In this document: positions 21,912-35,127 of the stretch, piece after piece
Numbering within the stretch: position 1 is the first letter of the stretch
How the letters are laid out: each line of letters begins with the position of its first letter
Source: Eledone cirrhosa
Taxonomy: Eukaryota
Direction: 5' to 3'
Assembly (NCBI GenBank): GCA_964016885.1
Contig: OZ024740.1
Span: 43,648,001-43,712,000, forward strand
DNA length: 64,000 nt
The notes under the pieces: generated by a model
Told to the model about the DNA's origin: nothing
What the model saw: the letters and a program-made list of their open reading frames with translations, nothing else
Database searches by the model: none
Position numbers and translations under genes: made by a program

Positions 21912-22898
21912 GTTTCTTTATTGGCCAAAATGGCTAACATGAAGAAAAACATTACACACGTGGGTTTGGGCCGTGTAAAAAAGGTTATAAGAAGAAGATA
22001 GAAATATCAACAAAATTCAAACAAGAAAATTCCCCAATAGGGGGAAACCTCCGAGGTCACTCGTGGCAAAAACCACACAAAAGACGACGGCCAGCATGAC
22101 CACCAGGACAAGCGTCCTCTCTCACTTTTCCACTCCTCAGTCTACAGGAGCATACTCAGAGCGGGATCGTTCACTCGGACCAGACTCGCCACTTTCACCC
22201 ACCTTTCAACAAATTTATTTGAAGACAGCACTTGTCTCTCCACACTGATGTTCCTCTTCAAGTGAAATTTGAAAATTAGGGATTCGCCGAAGAGGAAAGT
22301 GTCCGTCTTCAATCCTTTCAACCTTGTCTATCATACAATCTCTTTCGCCATGGCCACCAGGCAGATGAAAACTGCCTGTCCTGCCCCCTCCCTCCTCCTT
22401 AAAGGAGGACGGTGGGGCTATCTGCACAAGGGACTCAGTCGAAAACCCCATCCGTTCTACACGTGACAGCAAATGTTCGACATAGTTCCACAAGTCAGCA
22501 ATGCTCGGACACTGTATCTGTATTTTTGTTGTCGCTGTTACTGTCATTTTTTTCAAAATTAGAGTTCTTATTGGTATCATTGGTGTCTTTGTTTACATTG
22601 TTTGTGGTGGTGTTCGTGTTATCAATTTGTCTTAATTTCGCTGTAGCGCTCCTCTCAACTTCTACGTCGTTGTAGCACGACAGCAGACATATCGCTTTTT
22701 TTCATCCATAAATGTTTTTAAATGTAAAAAAACTTCAAATATTTGGGCCAAAAGGCCCAAATATTATACTTTGCCCTTAACAGGGGAAAGTCTAAGGGCT
22801 TATATCCCTTACACAACAAGAAATATTTAACAACAAATAATTTTAACAGGCAAATAAAGCGACTTACTGGGAGCGAGCAAAATACGTCCGATTAGACC
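21912..22898 (-). mobile_element. ~1-kb chimeric unit: A2 5' end (22515-22898) fused to a C-like (D) 3' end (21912-22514)
   Basis: Abrupt switch from ORF2 C-terminal QCPSIADLW to A2 ORF1 N-terminal/5'-UTR sequence; ORF1 ATG region deleted; (AAT)n on both sides. Confidence 0.88.
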
Positions 22899-22929
<31 letters not shown>

Positions 22930-22937
22930 GTAATAAT

Positions 22938-25900
22938 GCTTTCTTTATTAACCACAATGGTTTACACAAAGTAGACATTAAGGACAGTACAGGACAATAC
23001 AGGACGGTACAATAGGGCATTTCTGCGTGTAAAAAAAAACAAGAAAAAGAGGATGTAATAATAGAACAATGAAAAAATTCCCCAATAGGGGGGAGACTTC
23101 CGAGGGACATTTGTGAAGAAAGCCCATTGAAAAGCCACAGTGACCCTGACCACCAGGACAGGTGCCCTCTACCAGTTTTCCACCTTTAATTTACAGACAC
23201 ATACTCAAAGTATTCACTCGGGCCATTCTTGCCTCTCTCACCCATCTTTCAACAAAATGTTGGGAAGAGAGCACTTCCCTCTCTACCCTGATTTTCCTTT
23301 TCAAATGAAATTTGAAAAAGTCAATCAGGGCAGCACCGAAGAGGTAAGTGCTCGTCTTCAGACTTTTAAACGTGTCCACCACACTATCTCTTTCGCCATG
23401 GCCACCAGACAGATAAAAACTGCCTGCCCTTCCCGGCTAAATGAAGAGGGCGGGGCAATCCTCACGATGGACTGAGCTGATAGCTGGATCCGTCCTACAC
23501 GCGACAGCTGGTGTTCGACATAAACCCACAAGTCAACAATGCTCGGACACTGGGCGAGTGCTCGAAGGACGGTTTCGTCGCCCTCCGCGCATCTCGGACA
23601 TGTCCGGCTGACGGCACCTCCATGCCTGTAGAGTTTATCCCGAACTGGCAGAGCTCCTCGGTAGCACTGCCAGGCCAGGGATTTCTGGAAGTTGTCCATA
23701 GGCCCCGGCCCGAAAGTTATTCCGAAAAGATTGGCTAGTTGATTTTCGTCGACGCCTAGAGTTTCCCCAAGTACGTCGTCGCTCTTCCCCTCCACTAATC
23801 CTTTATAGAACGCCAAGGTAGAGTTTCCACCGATCAAATTGCCCGATTGGTCGAGGGCTGTGAGCGCCTGAAGACATTCCAGTCTCCAAGCGCTCCCTCT
23901 CGGTCTTCGCTTGACCCACAACTGCAGCTCCGTCAAGGAGACGAGCTGGGGAAAAACGCGTCTAACAAACGGCGACCACACCTGATCACCGTCAAGGAAG
24001 AGGTGGAGATGTCGTAGCCTGAGCGCGTGTCTGCGCATCATCAGCCACGGCATTCCCAGCCCTCCAGGTAGCTTGTGTTTACAGCAGATGGACCGCCTGA
24101 CCATCGGAACGCGTGCCTTCCACAAAAAGCGAAAGAGCAAACGCTCCAGCGCAGTCAGGCAGGGAATAGGACAAGGTACGACGGTCAGGCGGTAGTAGAT
24201 GACGGACGCGATATACGCGTTAGCCACCTCTGCTCGACCTCTCAGGGATAGCTTCCTCCCGCCTTTTTCTGGGTGAGAGAAGCCACCCTGCTTGTCACCT
24301 CGTTCCAGTTTTTGTCCGTCTGGAGGTCCGGAACGAACCAGACCCCGAGCAATTTAACCGGTCCGTCCGTCCAGCGCCCGACGACGTTGTTGGACGGCAT
24401 GGACCTACCTCTCCAGGTGCCGAGCTGCAAGCCCACTGACTTTTCCTGGTTGATCATTGCTCCTGTCACCGCTTTGTATTCTCTTAGTGTAGTGCCTATC
24501 GTTCGACACCACTACAGTGACATCGTCTGCATATGCTGACACGGATCTTCCGCATCCTAGTTCGCGCGGGACCCCCCTCAACGTCTCCAGTGTGTGCAGT
24601 AATGGCTCGATAGTCAATACGTACAAGAGGGACGAGAGGGGACATCCTTGGCAGACCGAGCGCTTGATGTTGAATGGTTCCGAAAGGTGACCGTTCACTC
24701 TCACCACAGAGCAGATGTCGTTGTGCATGGCAGCGAACCAGCCTCTGCAGACGGGCCCAAAGGCAGCCCCCCCCCCCTCAGGACTGCCGCTAGGTAACGA
24801 TGGTCGACCCTATCGAAAGCTTTCGACTGATCTAAATTGATCAAGGACCCACCCGTGCAGTTTACCTAGCTACCCTCTCCACGATGTATCGCTTGAGGTG
24901 GAGGTTGTCGTGGATGGATCTGACGGGAATGGCGCCTGTCTGCGCCTCTCCCACCAGACCACCAACGACAAGCACCAACCTTTTTGCTAGCAACTTGGCC
25001 AAAATTTGAACTCTGAGTTTAGCAGCGTTATGGGCCTGAAATTACCTATGTTATACCCCTTGTTCGGATCCTTTCTCAGCAGCGCCACTTCTCCTCGGCT
25101 CACAGAGATAGGAATTCTCCCGTTCAGTTGCCATTTGCAGTAGACGTCCGCCAAGGGGCCTCCGAACAAGTCTGGTATCTGTACGTAAAGTTCATAGGGT
25201 AGACCATCCAAACCAGGCGATTTACCCCTTGTGCTGCCAGTCATTGCTTCCCGAACTTCAACGGCTGTTATCGGCTTTTCGCAACACTCCACCTCAGTTG
25301 CCGTAGACACTAAAGTCCATCCCTCGATCCGGCCCGCCACTGCCCCCGAACCACTGAGCGAAGTGTCGCTGAAAACTTCACACATTTTCCCGGGATCGAG
25401 TAGCATGCGTCCCTCGTGGTCCACCAAAAACCGGATCGTGGCTTTGTTGCCACGACGCGCCTCCGCCACTCGGGCCCATTGAACGGCTTTCGTCCCCTAG
25501 CTCTGACAACGCAGCCTTCGTTCTTTGCATTGAAGAATTGGTCAAGGTCCAATTTCGCCGCAAGTACGTCGGTCGCGATGCCTTTGCTAAGCGCCTCGTC
25601 TAATTTTCTAACAAGTTCTGCCTCTGCTCTATTTTTCTCTATTGCTAAAGCCTTATAAACCTAATGGACTCTATTCTAATCGCTCTTTTCAGAGCCAACC
25701 ACCACTTGTTGTTGACGATGGCCCCCGTCAACGCCCGCTTAACTAGTTCGCTAATCCGGTCTCTGTAGGCCTTGCGCGTTGGTAAGGACCCGTTTAGCTT
25801 CCAGTAGCCGGGTCCTCGTCTATGAAGTCTGTCTAAGTCAAGCACACAGATCACGAATTTGTGGTCCGTGTATCTGACTATCTTGAATTGTGGACAGCTT

Positions 25901-28900
25901 ATGCTAGACCTATCTATTTCCCTACAAAATACTCTATCTAGATATGATCTGGATGACCATATGCGGTTTGTCCAAGTCCACATTAGCACATTCGGGAAAT
26001 TCAATCGGTACCTGTCAGACAGTTCAAAACGCCTGAGCAGGTTGGTGAGGCACTTTCACCCTCCTCCCCTATCCGCTAATCCCACACAGTCACAGCGTGC
26101 ATCTAAGATCCCGTTCCAGTCGCCCACTAACATTAAAGAGCGGGACGTTCCAAGAAAGGTTTCCAGACGCCGGAAGAAATCAGGCCACCCTGCTCCTATC
26201 GGGAAATATACGGCCACTGGCCTGAAAGCTTGCCCGTCTCCGCTGGTCACGTCCAGCACCACCAACTTCCTCTGAGTCCAGGAAGATGGTCCGTATGGCG
26301 GGAACCAAACCTCTCCGAAAAAGCACAGCAACTCCTCCCCCCGATCCAGGACGGCTGGGAGATACGTACACATCGTAGCCGCCGACGAGCGGTGCGAAGG
26401 CCCGTGCTTCGGAGATTCTGGTCTCGCTGATGGCCACTACATCTATGATTAGTGACCTGAGGTCGTTGAGCAGGTGGCACTGCTTCAATGACGACCCCAA
26501 GCCACGCACATTTATGCTGCCTATTCTGAGTGAGGTCATGTTGAAATGGAGTGGAAAAGATGGGAAGCACCACTTACCTTACTTCTCGTAGAGGAAGGAT
26601 GGTTTTTCCATCCTTTTCAATGCTTGTCGGCTTGTCCGGAAGGATTTCCTTATAAATCCTCCTGGAGAGTGTTTGTCGGAAATCTCCGATGTCTTTGGAG
26701 AAGTTTTGTTTTATTGTCGTGTATGTTTTCTGTGTGATGCGAGTGATTTGTATGTGTGGAGGTGGTGTGAACTTTTGGGGAGTTGTGTAGTCTTTTTTGT
26801 GATGCTGGTGTTGTGGTGGTTGTAGTGTAATAATTGGTTGTTGTTCAAATTTACTTGTTTCTATTTTAGGCACAAGGCCAGCAAATACCCAGTACATTAC
26901 TGGTACTTTATTTTATCCACCCCGTAAGGATGAAAGGCAAAGTTAACCTCGGCCGGATTTGAACTCAGATCATAAAGGGACGTAACTTTATGCTTCAAAG
27001 CATGGTGTCCGACTCTCTACCGATTCTGCCAATCCACAAATTTAATTGTTTCTACTTTAGGCACAAGGCCAGCAATTACCCAGTGCATTACTGGTACTTT
27101 ATTTTATCGACCCCGTAAGGATGAAAGGCAAAGTCAACCTCGGCGGGATTTGAACTCAGATCGTAAAGGGACGTAACTATGCTGGAAAGCATGGCGTCCG
27201 ACCCTCTACCGATACTGCCAATCCACAAATTTAATGTTGTGTAGTGTGTATCGTTTTGGTTTTGTTATGTTTGCGTTTGTTGTGGGTTAGTTTCTATTTC
27301 GCTTTTTGGTGACTTTTGTGGTGTTGGTGATGGTGGTGTTGGGGTTAATGATGGTGATCGTGTTGGTGTTTGTGGTGATGGGATTGGTGATGCTGGTGAG
27401 GATGGTGGCATAGCTGTCCTAACTTTTTTGTTTGATAGTTTATTTGTTTCCCTCCGTATTTTGTTTTTGGAGGGGGAAGGAAGAGGATTTTTTTCTTTTT
27501 TGACTTCTTTTTCTTTTGTTCTTTTTTTCCTGATACAGTTTCCCACTCCCCGTCGTCACAATCTGTCTCCTCTTGCGATAGGTCAGGTAGTGGAAAATCC
27601 TCCACAGGCGTTGGTTTTGGTTGTGGCGTGGTGGATGGTGTAGGCGCTAGTGCTAGTTCTGGCGCGTTGGGTGGTGGTGGTGTTGGTTTTGCTACTGTTG
27701 CTGGGGTTGTTGCTGCTACAGTTGCTTCTGTTGTTGCTGCTACAGTTGTTGCTGCCATTTCTGCTGCTGGTTGTGTTGATGGTTGAGTCACTGGGGTGGG
27801 TAAGAGAAGTGGCCTAACAACTTTTTAGCCTGAGGGCAGAAAGCCCTTAGGTGGGTTCCTTCACCAGAAACGACACACCTAGGCCTTCTACTCTCGAAGA
27901 TTACGGTGAGGTGGCTGCCTTCAGTGAGGTCTATTACCTCTGGGATCTCCTCAATGCTTTTTTGGTCCGCTTGGATCAGGAGCTCCATCCCAGATCCGGA
28001 CCAGGTCTCCTGCTTTTCTTTTGCTATTTCTATTATTTTGGTGTTGGCCTCGATGCCGTCGAGGACGGCAGCCATTAGTCTGGTCATTTCGATAGCCGGT
28101 GGAAAGTGGGTCACCCTGATTTTTACGAGTCTCTGGCCACAATAGCTTGGGACGTGTGTGAAGTCGTCGCTTCTTAATGGGGCCATGGATTGCTCTCAGG
28201 CCTCCTGTGGTGTTTCAAAGAACACGTCCACGGTTACATATTTCTGCCCACGTCTGATGTGCCTTTTCGTTGCCCACACATGTCTCAAAGCTTTTTGGAT
28301 TTGGGACTCGGATGCCCGTTCCACTCGGCGCGATTTTATGTTAATCGTCCGATAAGACACGGTGCATAGGCGTCGATGGTCCATGTTATTAGGTGGCGGG
28401 GGGAGCTGACCCTGTACCCATTCTTTACCATTCTCTTGGCTTAATCTAATTCCTCCTGAGTTACCTGGATTGTTTTGTATTTTTTGGCTGCTTTGGCAAA
28501 CGACGCGGTGATGTTGTTATTTTCATTGTTGTTGTTGCTGTTGTTATTGTTATTTTGTTATTGTTATTTTTAGTTTCAGTTGTGGTGGTAGTGGCGTCAG
28601 TGGTGTTCGGTGTGGAAGAGTCGATTTTGGGTGAATCCATTTCGATCTCACGAGATATTAATTTATTTTTTTCTTTTGTTTCTGTTGTCGCTGTGGTGCT
28701 GGTGGGGGTGGTGGCTTCAATACCTGCAGTCATTGGCAAAGGCGGGAAATGAATGTCTGCATGAGACAAATTTAAATTATTGCTACTGCTTATATTTTTA
28801 GTGTTGGCAAACCTAGTAATATTTACAATGGTGGTGTTGGTGTGAGGTGTTAGTTTGTGAGGAAGGCTCTCAGCTGATTGGTTTAGCTGTGAGTCGTCCA

Positions 28901-29115
28901 TGATTTTTTCAAAGAAATTTTTTGTTTGATAATTATAAAAGTTTAAATTTTGGGCTCAAGACCCCAATCTTTTTGAGTGTCCTTTTCCGAAAGCAAATTT
29001 TGTGACATTATAAACAGTTAACAACAAAAATTTTCCATAGATGGGAATTTTAAACAAACGAAAACAACAGACCTTTGCGGAGCTCACGATATTTCGATTT
29101 CCTACGTAGGTCGTC
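22938..29115 (-). mobile_element. Full-length Tx1-clade element, lineage B copy a, degraded, with two SINE insertions
   Basis: ORF2 fragments within 23191-26539; ORF1 fragments within 26574-28901 (knuckle remnant CVVSGEGTHLRAFC); (AAT)n flanks. Confidence 0.94.
26856..27225 (-). mobile_element. Two tandem SINE copies (26856-27036, 27047-27225)
   Basis: Delimited by CAAATTTA(A/C)T at 26846, 27037 and 27226; the empty site is seen in the homologous element at ~63655. Confidence 0.93.
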
Positions 29116-29133
29116 AATAAAAATAATAATAAT

Positions 29134-32100
29134 CATTTCTTTATTGGCCACTAGGGCTGACATCAAGAAAAACGTTACAGACGGCACAGGACGGTACAGG
29201 ACTGTACGGTGTGGGTTTTGTGCGTGTAAAGATTTTTACTGTTTATACAAAAAAGGAAAATAAAAAGACATAGAAACATATATATATATATATAAACAAT
29301 AAAAATGAAAATTGAAACAATGAAAAATTCCCCAATAGGGGAGGGGGGGGGGGAACTCCGAGGGTTACTCGTGGCGAAAACCACACAAAAGATCACGGCC
29401 ACCCTGACCACCAGGGCAAGCGCCCTCTCTCAATTTTTCCATTTCTCAAACTACAGGCGTATATTCAGAGCGGTCCTGTTCACTCGGACCATCACTCGGA
29501 CCATTCTCGCTACATTCACCCACCTTTCAACAAACTTGCTAGAAGCAACACTTGCCTCTCCACCCTGATTTTCCTCTTCAAGTGAAACTTGAAAAAGTTA
29601 ATTAGGGATTCGCCGAACAGGAAAGTGTCTGTCTTTAACCCTTTCAACCTTATCCACCACACAATCTCTTTCGCGATGGCCACCAGGCAGATGAAAACCG
29701 CCTGCCCTTCCTCCTCGAAGGAAGATGGCGAGACCATCTGCACAATGGACTCAGTCGATAACCGCATCAGTCCTACACGCGACAGCAACTGTTCGACATA
29801 GCTTAACAAGTCAGCAATGCTCGGGCACTGAACGAGTACGTGCACGATGGTTTCGTCGCTCTGCGTGCATCTCAGACAGGCTCGGCTGACGGCACTTCCC
29901 TGCCTGTAGAGCTTATCTCGAACCGGCAACGCTCCCCGGTAGCACTGCCGGGCCAGAGATTTTTGGAAGTTATCCATAGGCCCTGAGCTGAAAGTTCTCC
30001 GGAAGAGAGCAAACAGCTGATCTTCTTCGACGCCCAGTATCTCTCCGAAAATGTCGTCGCTCTTCGCCTCCACTAGTCCTCTATAGAACGCCGAGGTGGA
30101 TGTTCCACCGATACTGGTGCCCAGCTGGCAGAGGGCAGTGAGCGCCTGGAGACATTCCAGTTTCCAAGCGCTATCCCTCGGTCTTTTCCTGACCCAGGAC
30201 TGCGGCTCCGTCAAGGAGACGAGCTGTGGGAAAACGTGCCTAGCGAACGACGACCACACCTGTTCACTGTCAAGGAAGCACCAGAGATGTCGCAGCCTCA
30301 GCGCATGTTTGCGCATCATCAGCCATGGCATGCCCAGTCCTCCACGCAACGGGTGTTGACAGCAGATGGATCGTCTGAGCATGGGAGCGCGTCCCTTCCA
30401 CAAAAAGCGGAAGAGGAGGCGCTCCATTTTGGTGAGAGTTGGGCCGGGGAAAGGGACGACGGTGAGTTGGTAGAAGATGACGGATACGATGTACGCGTTA
30501 GCCACCTGCCCCTCAACCTTTCAGGGACGGCTTCCTCTCGGCCCATTTCTGGGTGAGGGAGGCCACCTTGCTCGTCACCTCGTTCCAGTTTTTCTCCATC
30601 TGGAGGTCCGGTCCGAACCAGACCCCGAGCAATTTAACCGCTCCGTCCGTCCCTCGCCCCACGATGTTGTCGGACGTCATGGACTTGCCTCTCCAGGTGC
30701 CGAGCTGCAAGCCTACCGACTTTTCCTGGTTTATCTTTGATCCTGTCACCGCTTCGTATTCCTTGATAGCCGAGCATCTGGACATGTCTGGTGCTCGACA
30801 TCACCACGGGGACATCGTCGGCGTACACCGACTCGGATTTCCCGCATCGTAGTACGCGTGGGACACCCCTCATCGCCCCCAGTTTGTGCGGTAACGGTTC
30901 GAGAGCCAATACGTACAAGAGGGACGAGAGGAGACAACCCTGGCGGACCGCGCGCATGATGCTGAACAGCTGCGACAGGTGACCGTTCACCCTCACATCT
31001 GAGCAGATGTCGCTGTACATCGCAGCGATCCAACAACTGAAAACGGTCCCGAAACCGGCTGCCTTGAGGACCGCCGCAAGGTACCGATGGTCGACCCTAT
31101 CGAATGCTTTGGATTGATCCAAGTTGATCAGGACCCCACCCATACCAGGTTCCTTAACCACCCTCTCTATGATGTATAGCATGATGTGGAGGTTGTCGTG
31201 TATGGATCTGTCTGGAATGGCGCTAACCTCGTTGCTAAAACCTTGGCCAAAATCTTGAACTCTGCGTTAAGCAGGGTTATGGGCCTGAAATTATCGATAA
31301 CATCCCTCTTGTTCGGTACTTTTCCCAGCAGCGCCACCGCTCCCCGGCTCACAAAACTGGAAATGCTCCCGTTCTGCTGCCAGTTGCAGTAGACGTCTGC
31401 CAAGAGGTCACCGAACAAGTCTGGCATAAATGCATAAAGCTCGTAGGGCAGACCATCCAAACCTGGCGATTTACCCCTCGTGCAGTTAGCCATCGCTTCC
31501 CGTATTTCACTGGCTGTTATTGGATTTTCGCAACATGTGCTGCGGTAGTCGAGAGCCGAGGCAGTCTGTCAAGGTATGCACTGAAGTCCATGCCCCGATC
31601 CGGGCCGCCCGTTCTACCGAACATTTCAGCTAAGTGCTGCTGAAAAGCTTCCCACATCCGCTCGGGTTCGAGCATCATGTACCCGTTTTGGTCAGACAAT
31701 GACCGAATTGTGGCTTTGTTGCAACGTCACGCCTCTGCCACCCGGGCCCATTGGACGGCTTTTGTCCCCTCGTGTTTCAGAGTACGCGCTCTAGCTCTGA
31801 CAACGCAACCTTCGTGTTTTGCGTTGAAAAATTGGTCGAGTGCCAATCTCGCTGCAAGCACGTCGGTTGCGATGCCTGTCCTAAACGCCTCTTCTATCTT
31901 TCTGACTAGCTCTCCATCTACTCTATTTTCCTCTATCACTACTCCTTTGCTAAACCTAATCGACTCTACTTTAATTGCCCTTTTCTGGGCGAACCACCAC
32001 CTGTTGTTGACGACCGCTCCCGTCAGCGCCCGCTTAACTAATACCCTAATCCGGTCTCTGTAGGCTTTGCGCGCCGGGAAAGACGCGTTCAGCTTCCAGT

Positions 32101-34855
32101 AACCAGGCCCTTGTCTATGAAGTCTGTCTATGTCGATCTCACAGATCACAAATTTGTGGTCTGTGTAGTCGACTATTTTAAATTGTGGACAACTTATACT
32201 AGCCTTATCTAGTTCTCTGCAGAATACCCTATCGAGATACGATCTGGATGACCCGATGCGGTTTGTCCATGTCCACATTGGCACATTCGGGTGATCCAGT
32301 CGATACCTGTCAGACAATTCAAAACGTCTGAGCAGGTTGGTGAGGCTCTTGCACCCTCCTCCCCTATCCACTAGCCCCACACAATCCCAGCGTGCATCAA
32401 AGATACCGTTCCAGTCACCCACTAACACTAAAGAGCGGGATGTTCCAAGAAAGGTCTCTAGACGTCTGAAGAAATCTGGCCGTCCCACTTCTGTTGGGGC
32501 GCAGACGGCTACTAGCCTGAAAGCAATGCCTTCGCTGCCTGTCACGTCCAGCACCACCTACTACCTTCTGGGTCTAGGAAAATGGCCTGTATGGCGAGAT
32601 CCAAGCCTCTCCGCAAAAGGACGGCAACCCCTGCCCCCGATCATGGACGGCTGGGAGAAGCGTATACATCATAGCCGCCAAAGATCGATGCGAAGGCTTG
32701 TGCTTTGGAGATTATGGTCTCACTGATGGCCACCACATCTACGTTTAGTGACATGATGTCGTTGAGCAGGTGACCCTGCTTCCAAGAAGACCCCAGGCCA
32801 CGTGCATTTATACTGCCTATTCTGAGTACGGCCATGTTGGGTGAGGAACGGGGCAAGTGAGAAAGGGTCACTTACCTTGATCGTGTGGTGAAGGGACACT
32901 AGAACCATCCCTTTCGCTGGTCATGAGTGTTTCCAAGAGGATGTCAGTGTCTATCCTCTTGGTAACTGACCCTCTGAAGTCTCCAACTGCGTTGGGGAAT
33001 TTTTGTTTTAAAGGTTTGTACTGTTCTATTGAGATTTCGATGATGCTTATGTTTGTCTGGAGAGTTCTTGGTGTTGGTGGAGTGTAGTAGTTTTTTTCTG
33101 TAATGTCTGTGTGCTGCTTTATATATTGTATGAGTTCTTTTTTTGCCATGTTTATGGCTGGGTACTTTTTGGAGGGAGAGGTGATTTTGTTGCTGTTTTC
33201 TTCTTGTTGCTGTTTGGTGTGTGTGTTTTGTTTTCTTTGCGTTGTTGGTGTTTTTGGTGATGCTGGTGGTTGTGTGGTTGTTGTTGGCGGTGGTGCTTGT
33301 GGTGGTGATGGTGATTGTGGTGGTGTTGCTGCAAGTTTCCTTGCTGCCTTTACTCCTTTTTGTGTGCCTTCGCTTCTGGAGGGTGAATCTAAGGCTTTTT
33401 TTCTTTTTTCTTTTTTCTTTTTTCTTTTTTCTTTTTTCTTTTTTCTTTTTTCTTTTTTCTTTTTTGTGGCAGATCGTTTGCCACTTCACTCCCGCCACAA
33501 ACTCCATGTCGGATTCTATGGCGTCTGGGAGGGTTATGTGATCCACGGCTGTTGGTGGTGGTAGTGGAGCCCTCTTCGGCAATTTTGTTGCTGGTGTAGC
33601 CACTTCAAATGTAGCTATTGGTGTTGCCGCCACTGATGCTGCTGCTTTAGTTGTCCCTGGCCTTGGTATGGCTGCCACGGACGTTGCCCTCCTACTCACC
33701 GTGGAAGGGGCTTCTGCGTTTGTTGCCTGCCCTGCTCTTGGTAGCAACGGACCAGGTGTTGGAAGGAGAGGGGCCTTCTTCGCTGTTTTCTGCGGGCAAA
33801 AGGCCCTGAGGTGACCCTTCGACCCACAGAGATAAAATTTTGGCCGTCTTCCTTCTACGCTTAAGGGAGTTGGAGTCCTTCTTCGATGTCTATGATATCG
33901 GGGATAGCGTCGATACATTCCTGGTCAGTTTGTATAAGCATTTGCATGCCTATACCTGACCAGTTCTCTACATGCAGCATGGTCGTCCTGTCCTCAATTC
34001 CAGCAAGGACAGACGCGGCCAGCCAAGGTATGAGCACGTCGAGTGGGACCTGGGGCACTTTGACCCTCACAATTTTCTGCCCGCAGTAGGAGGGCACCAA
34101 GACTATCTCCTCACTCTTTAGGGTTTCCAAAGAGTGAGACTTCGCTTCCTGGGGGTGGCGAAAAGTACGTCTACTGTGGCGTAATTTCTGCCTCGGGTGA
34201 TGTGAGTTTTGCGTGCCCAGACGCACCCCAAGGCCTTTTGGATTTGAGCCTCCGTGGCTCTCTCCACCTGATGTGAGATTTTACTTACGGTCGGTAAGTC
34301 ACCGTCCGTAGCTGCTGGTCCTTGAAAAAATCGGGTGGAGGTTTCAGGGAGACTCTATTGGCGCTTCTTGTCACCGTGGCCCTTGCGACTGCCATCTCCT
34401 CCTCTGTGACTAACACTGTCTCGATATTTTGGGCGACACCTGCAAAAGAAGTGGTCCCTTTTTCAGCAGGGCCACTATTGCTGCCGCTACTGGTCTTACT
34501 GGTGGTGCTGAGATCGCTGTTACAGGTATCGATGTCATTGTTGATGTTTTCGTCGGTACAGTTTTTGGTGTTGTTGTTGTTGTTTTCGTTGATACTGTTG
34601 CTATTGTTACTGTTATTGTGGCTGTTGTTATTATTGTTGTTTTTGTTGATACTGTTCCTACTATTATTGTTGTTGTTGTGGCTGTTGTTATTGTCATTGT
34701 TATTGTCGTTCTCGACCTTACCGCTGTTATTTTTGTTATTGTCGTTCTCGACTTTACCGCTGTGATTTTTGTTGTTGCTGTTGTTATTGATGGTGTTGTT
34801 GTTGGTGTTGTTGTTGGTGTTATTGTTGGTGTTGTTTGTGTTAGAAATATTTGGG
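29134..34855 (-). mobile_element. Tx1-clade element, lineage C, 5'-truncated within the Asn-rich ORF1 N-terminus, degraded
   Basis: ORF2 fragments within ~29450-32835; ORF1 fragments with knuckle remnant FYLCGSKGHLRAFC; (AAT)n flanks. Confidence 0.93.
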
Positions 34856-35127
34856 TAATAATAATAATAATAATGATTTCATTTATTGGCCACAAGGGCC
34901 GACATATAGGGGACAACACAATAGACAGGGACAGTGGGGGTTTACATAGAGATCGAGTAAGTATAAATAACAAAAAAACAAAATAACAATAAAAATACAA
35001 CAATGAAAGTTCCCCAATAAGAGGGATCACCACCCAGGGTTGACTCAAGCACCCCACCAGTCCTGAGCCACCCGACGCTCCTAGGGCACCCGGGAAGGGC
35101 ACCCCTCTCCTTCTCGAATTCACCAGC

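Noticed and set aside
34845-34855. CCCAAATATTT at the 5' end of element C matching the A-lineage hairpin arm
   Set aside because: It lies in the Asn-rich ORF1 frame (PNISN) with no downstream start codon; likely coincidence.
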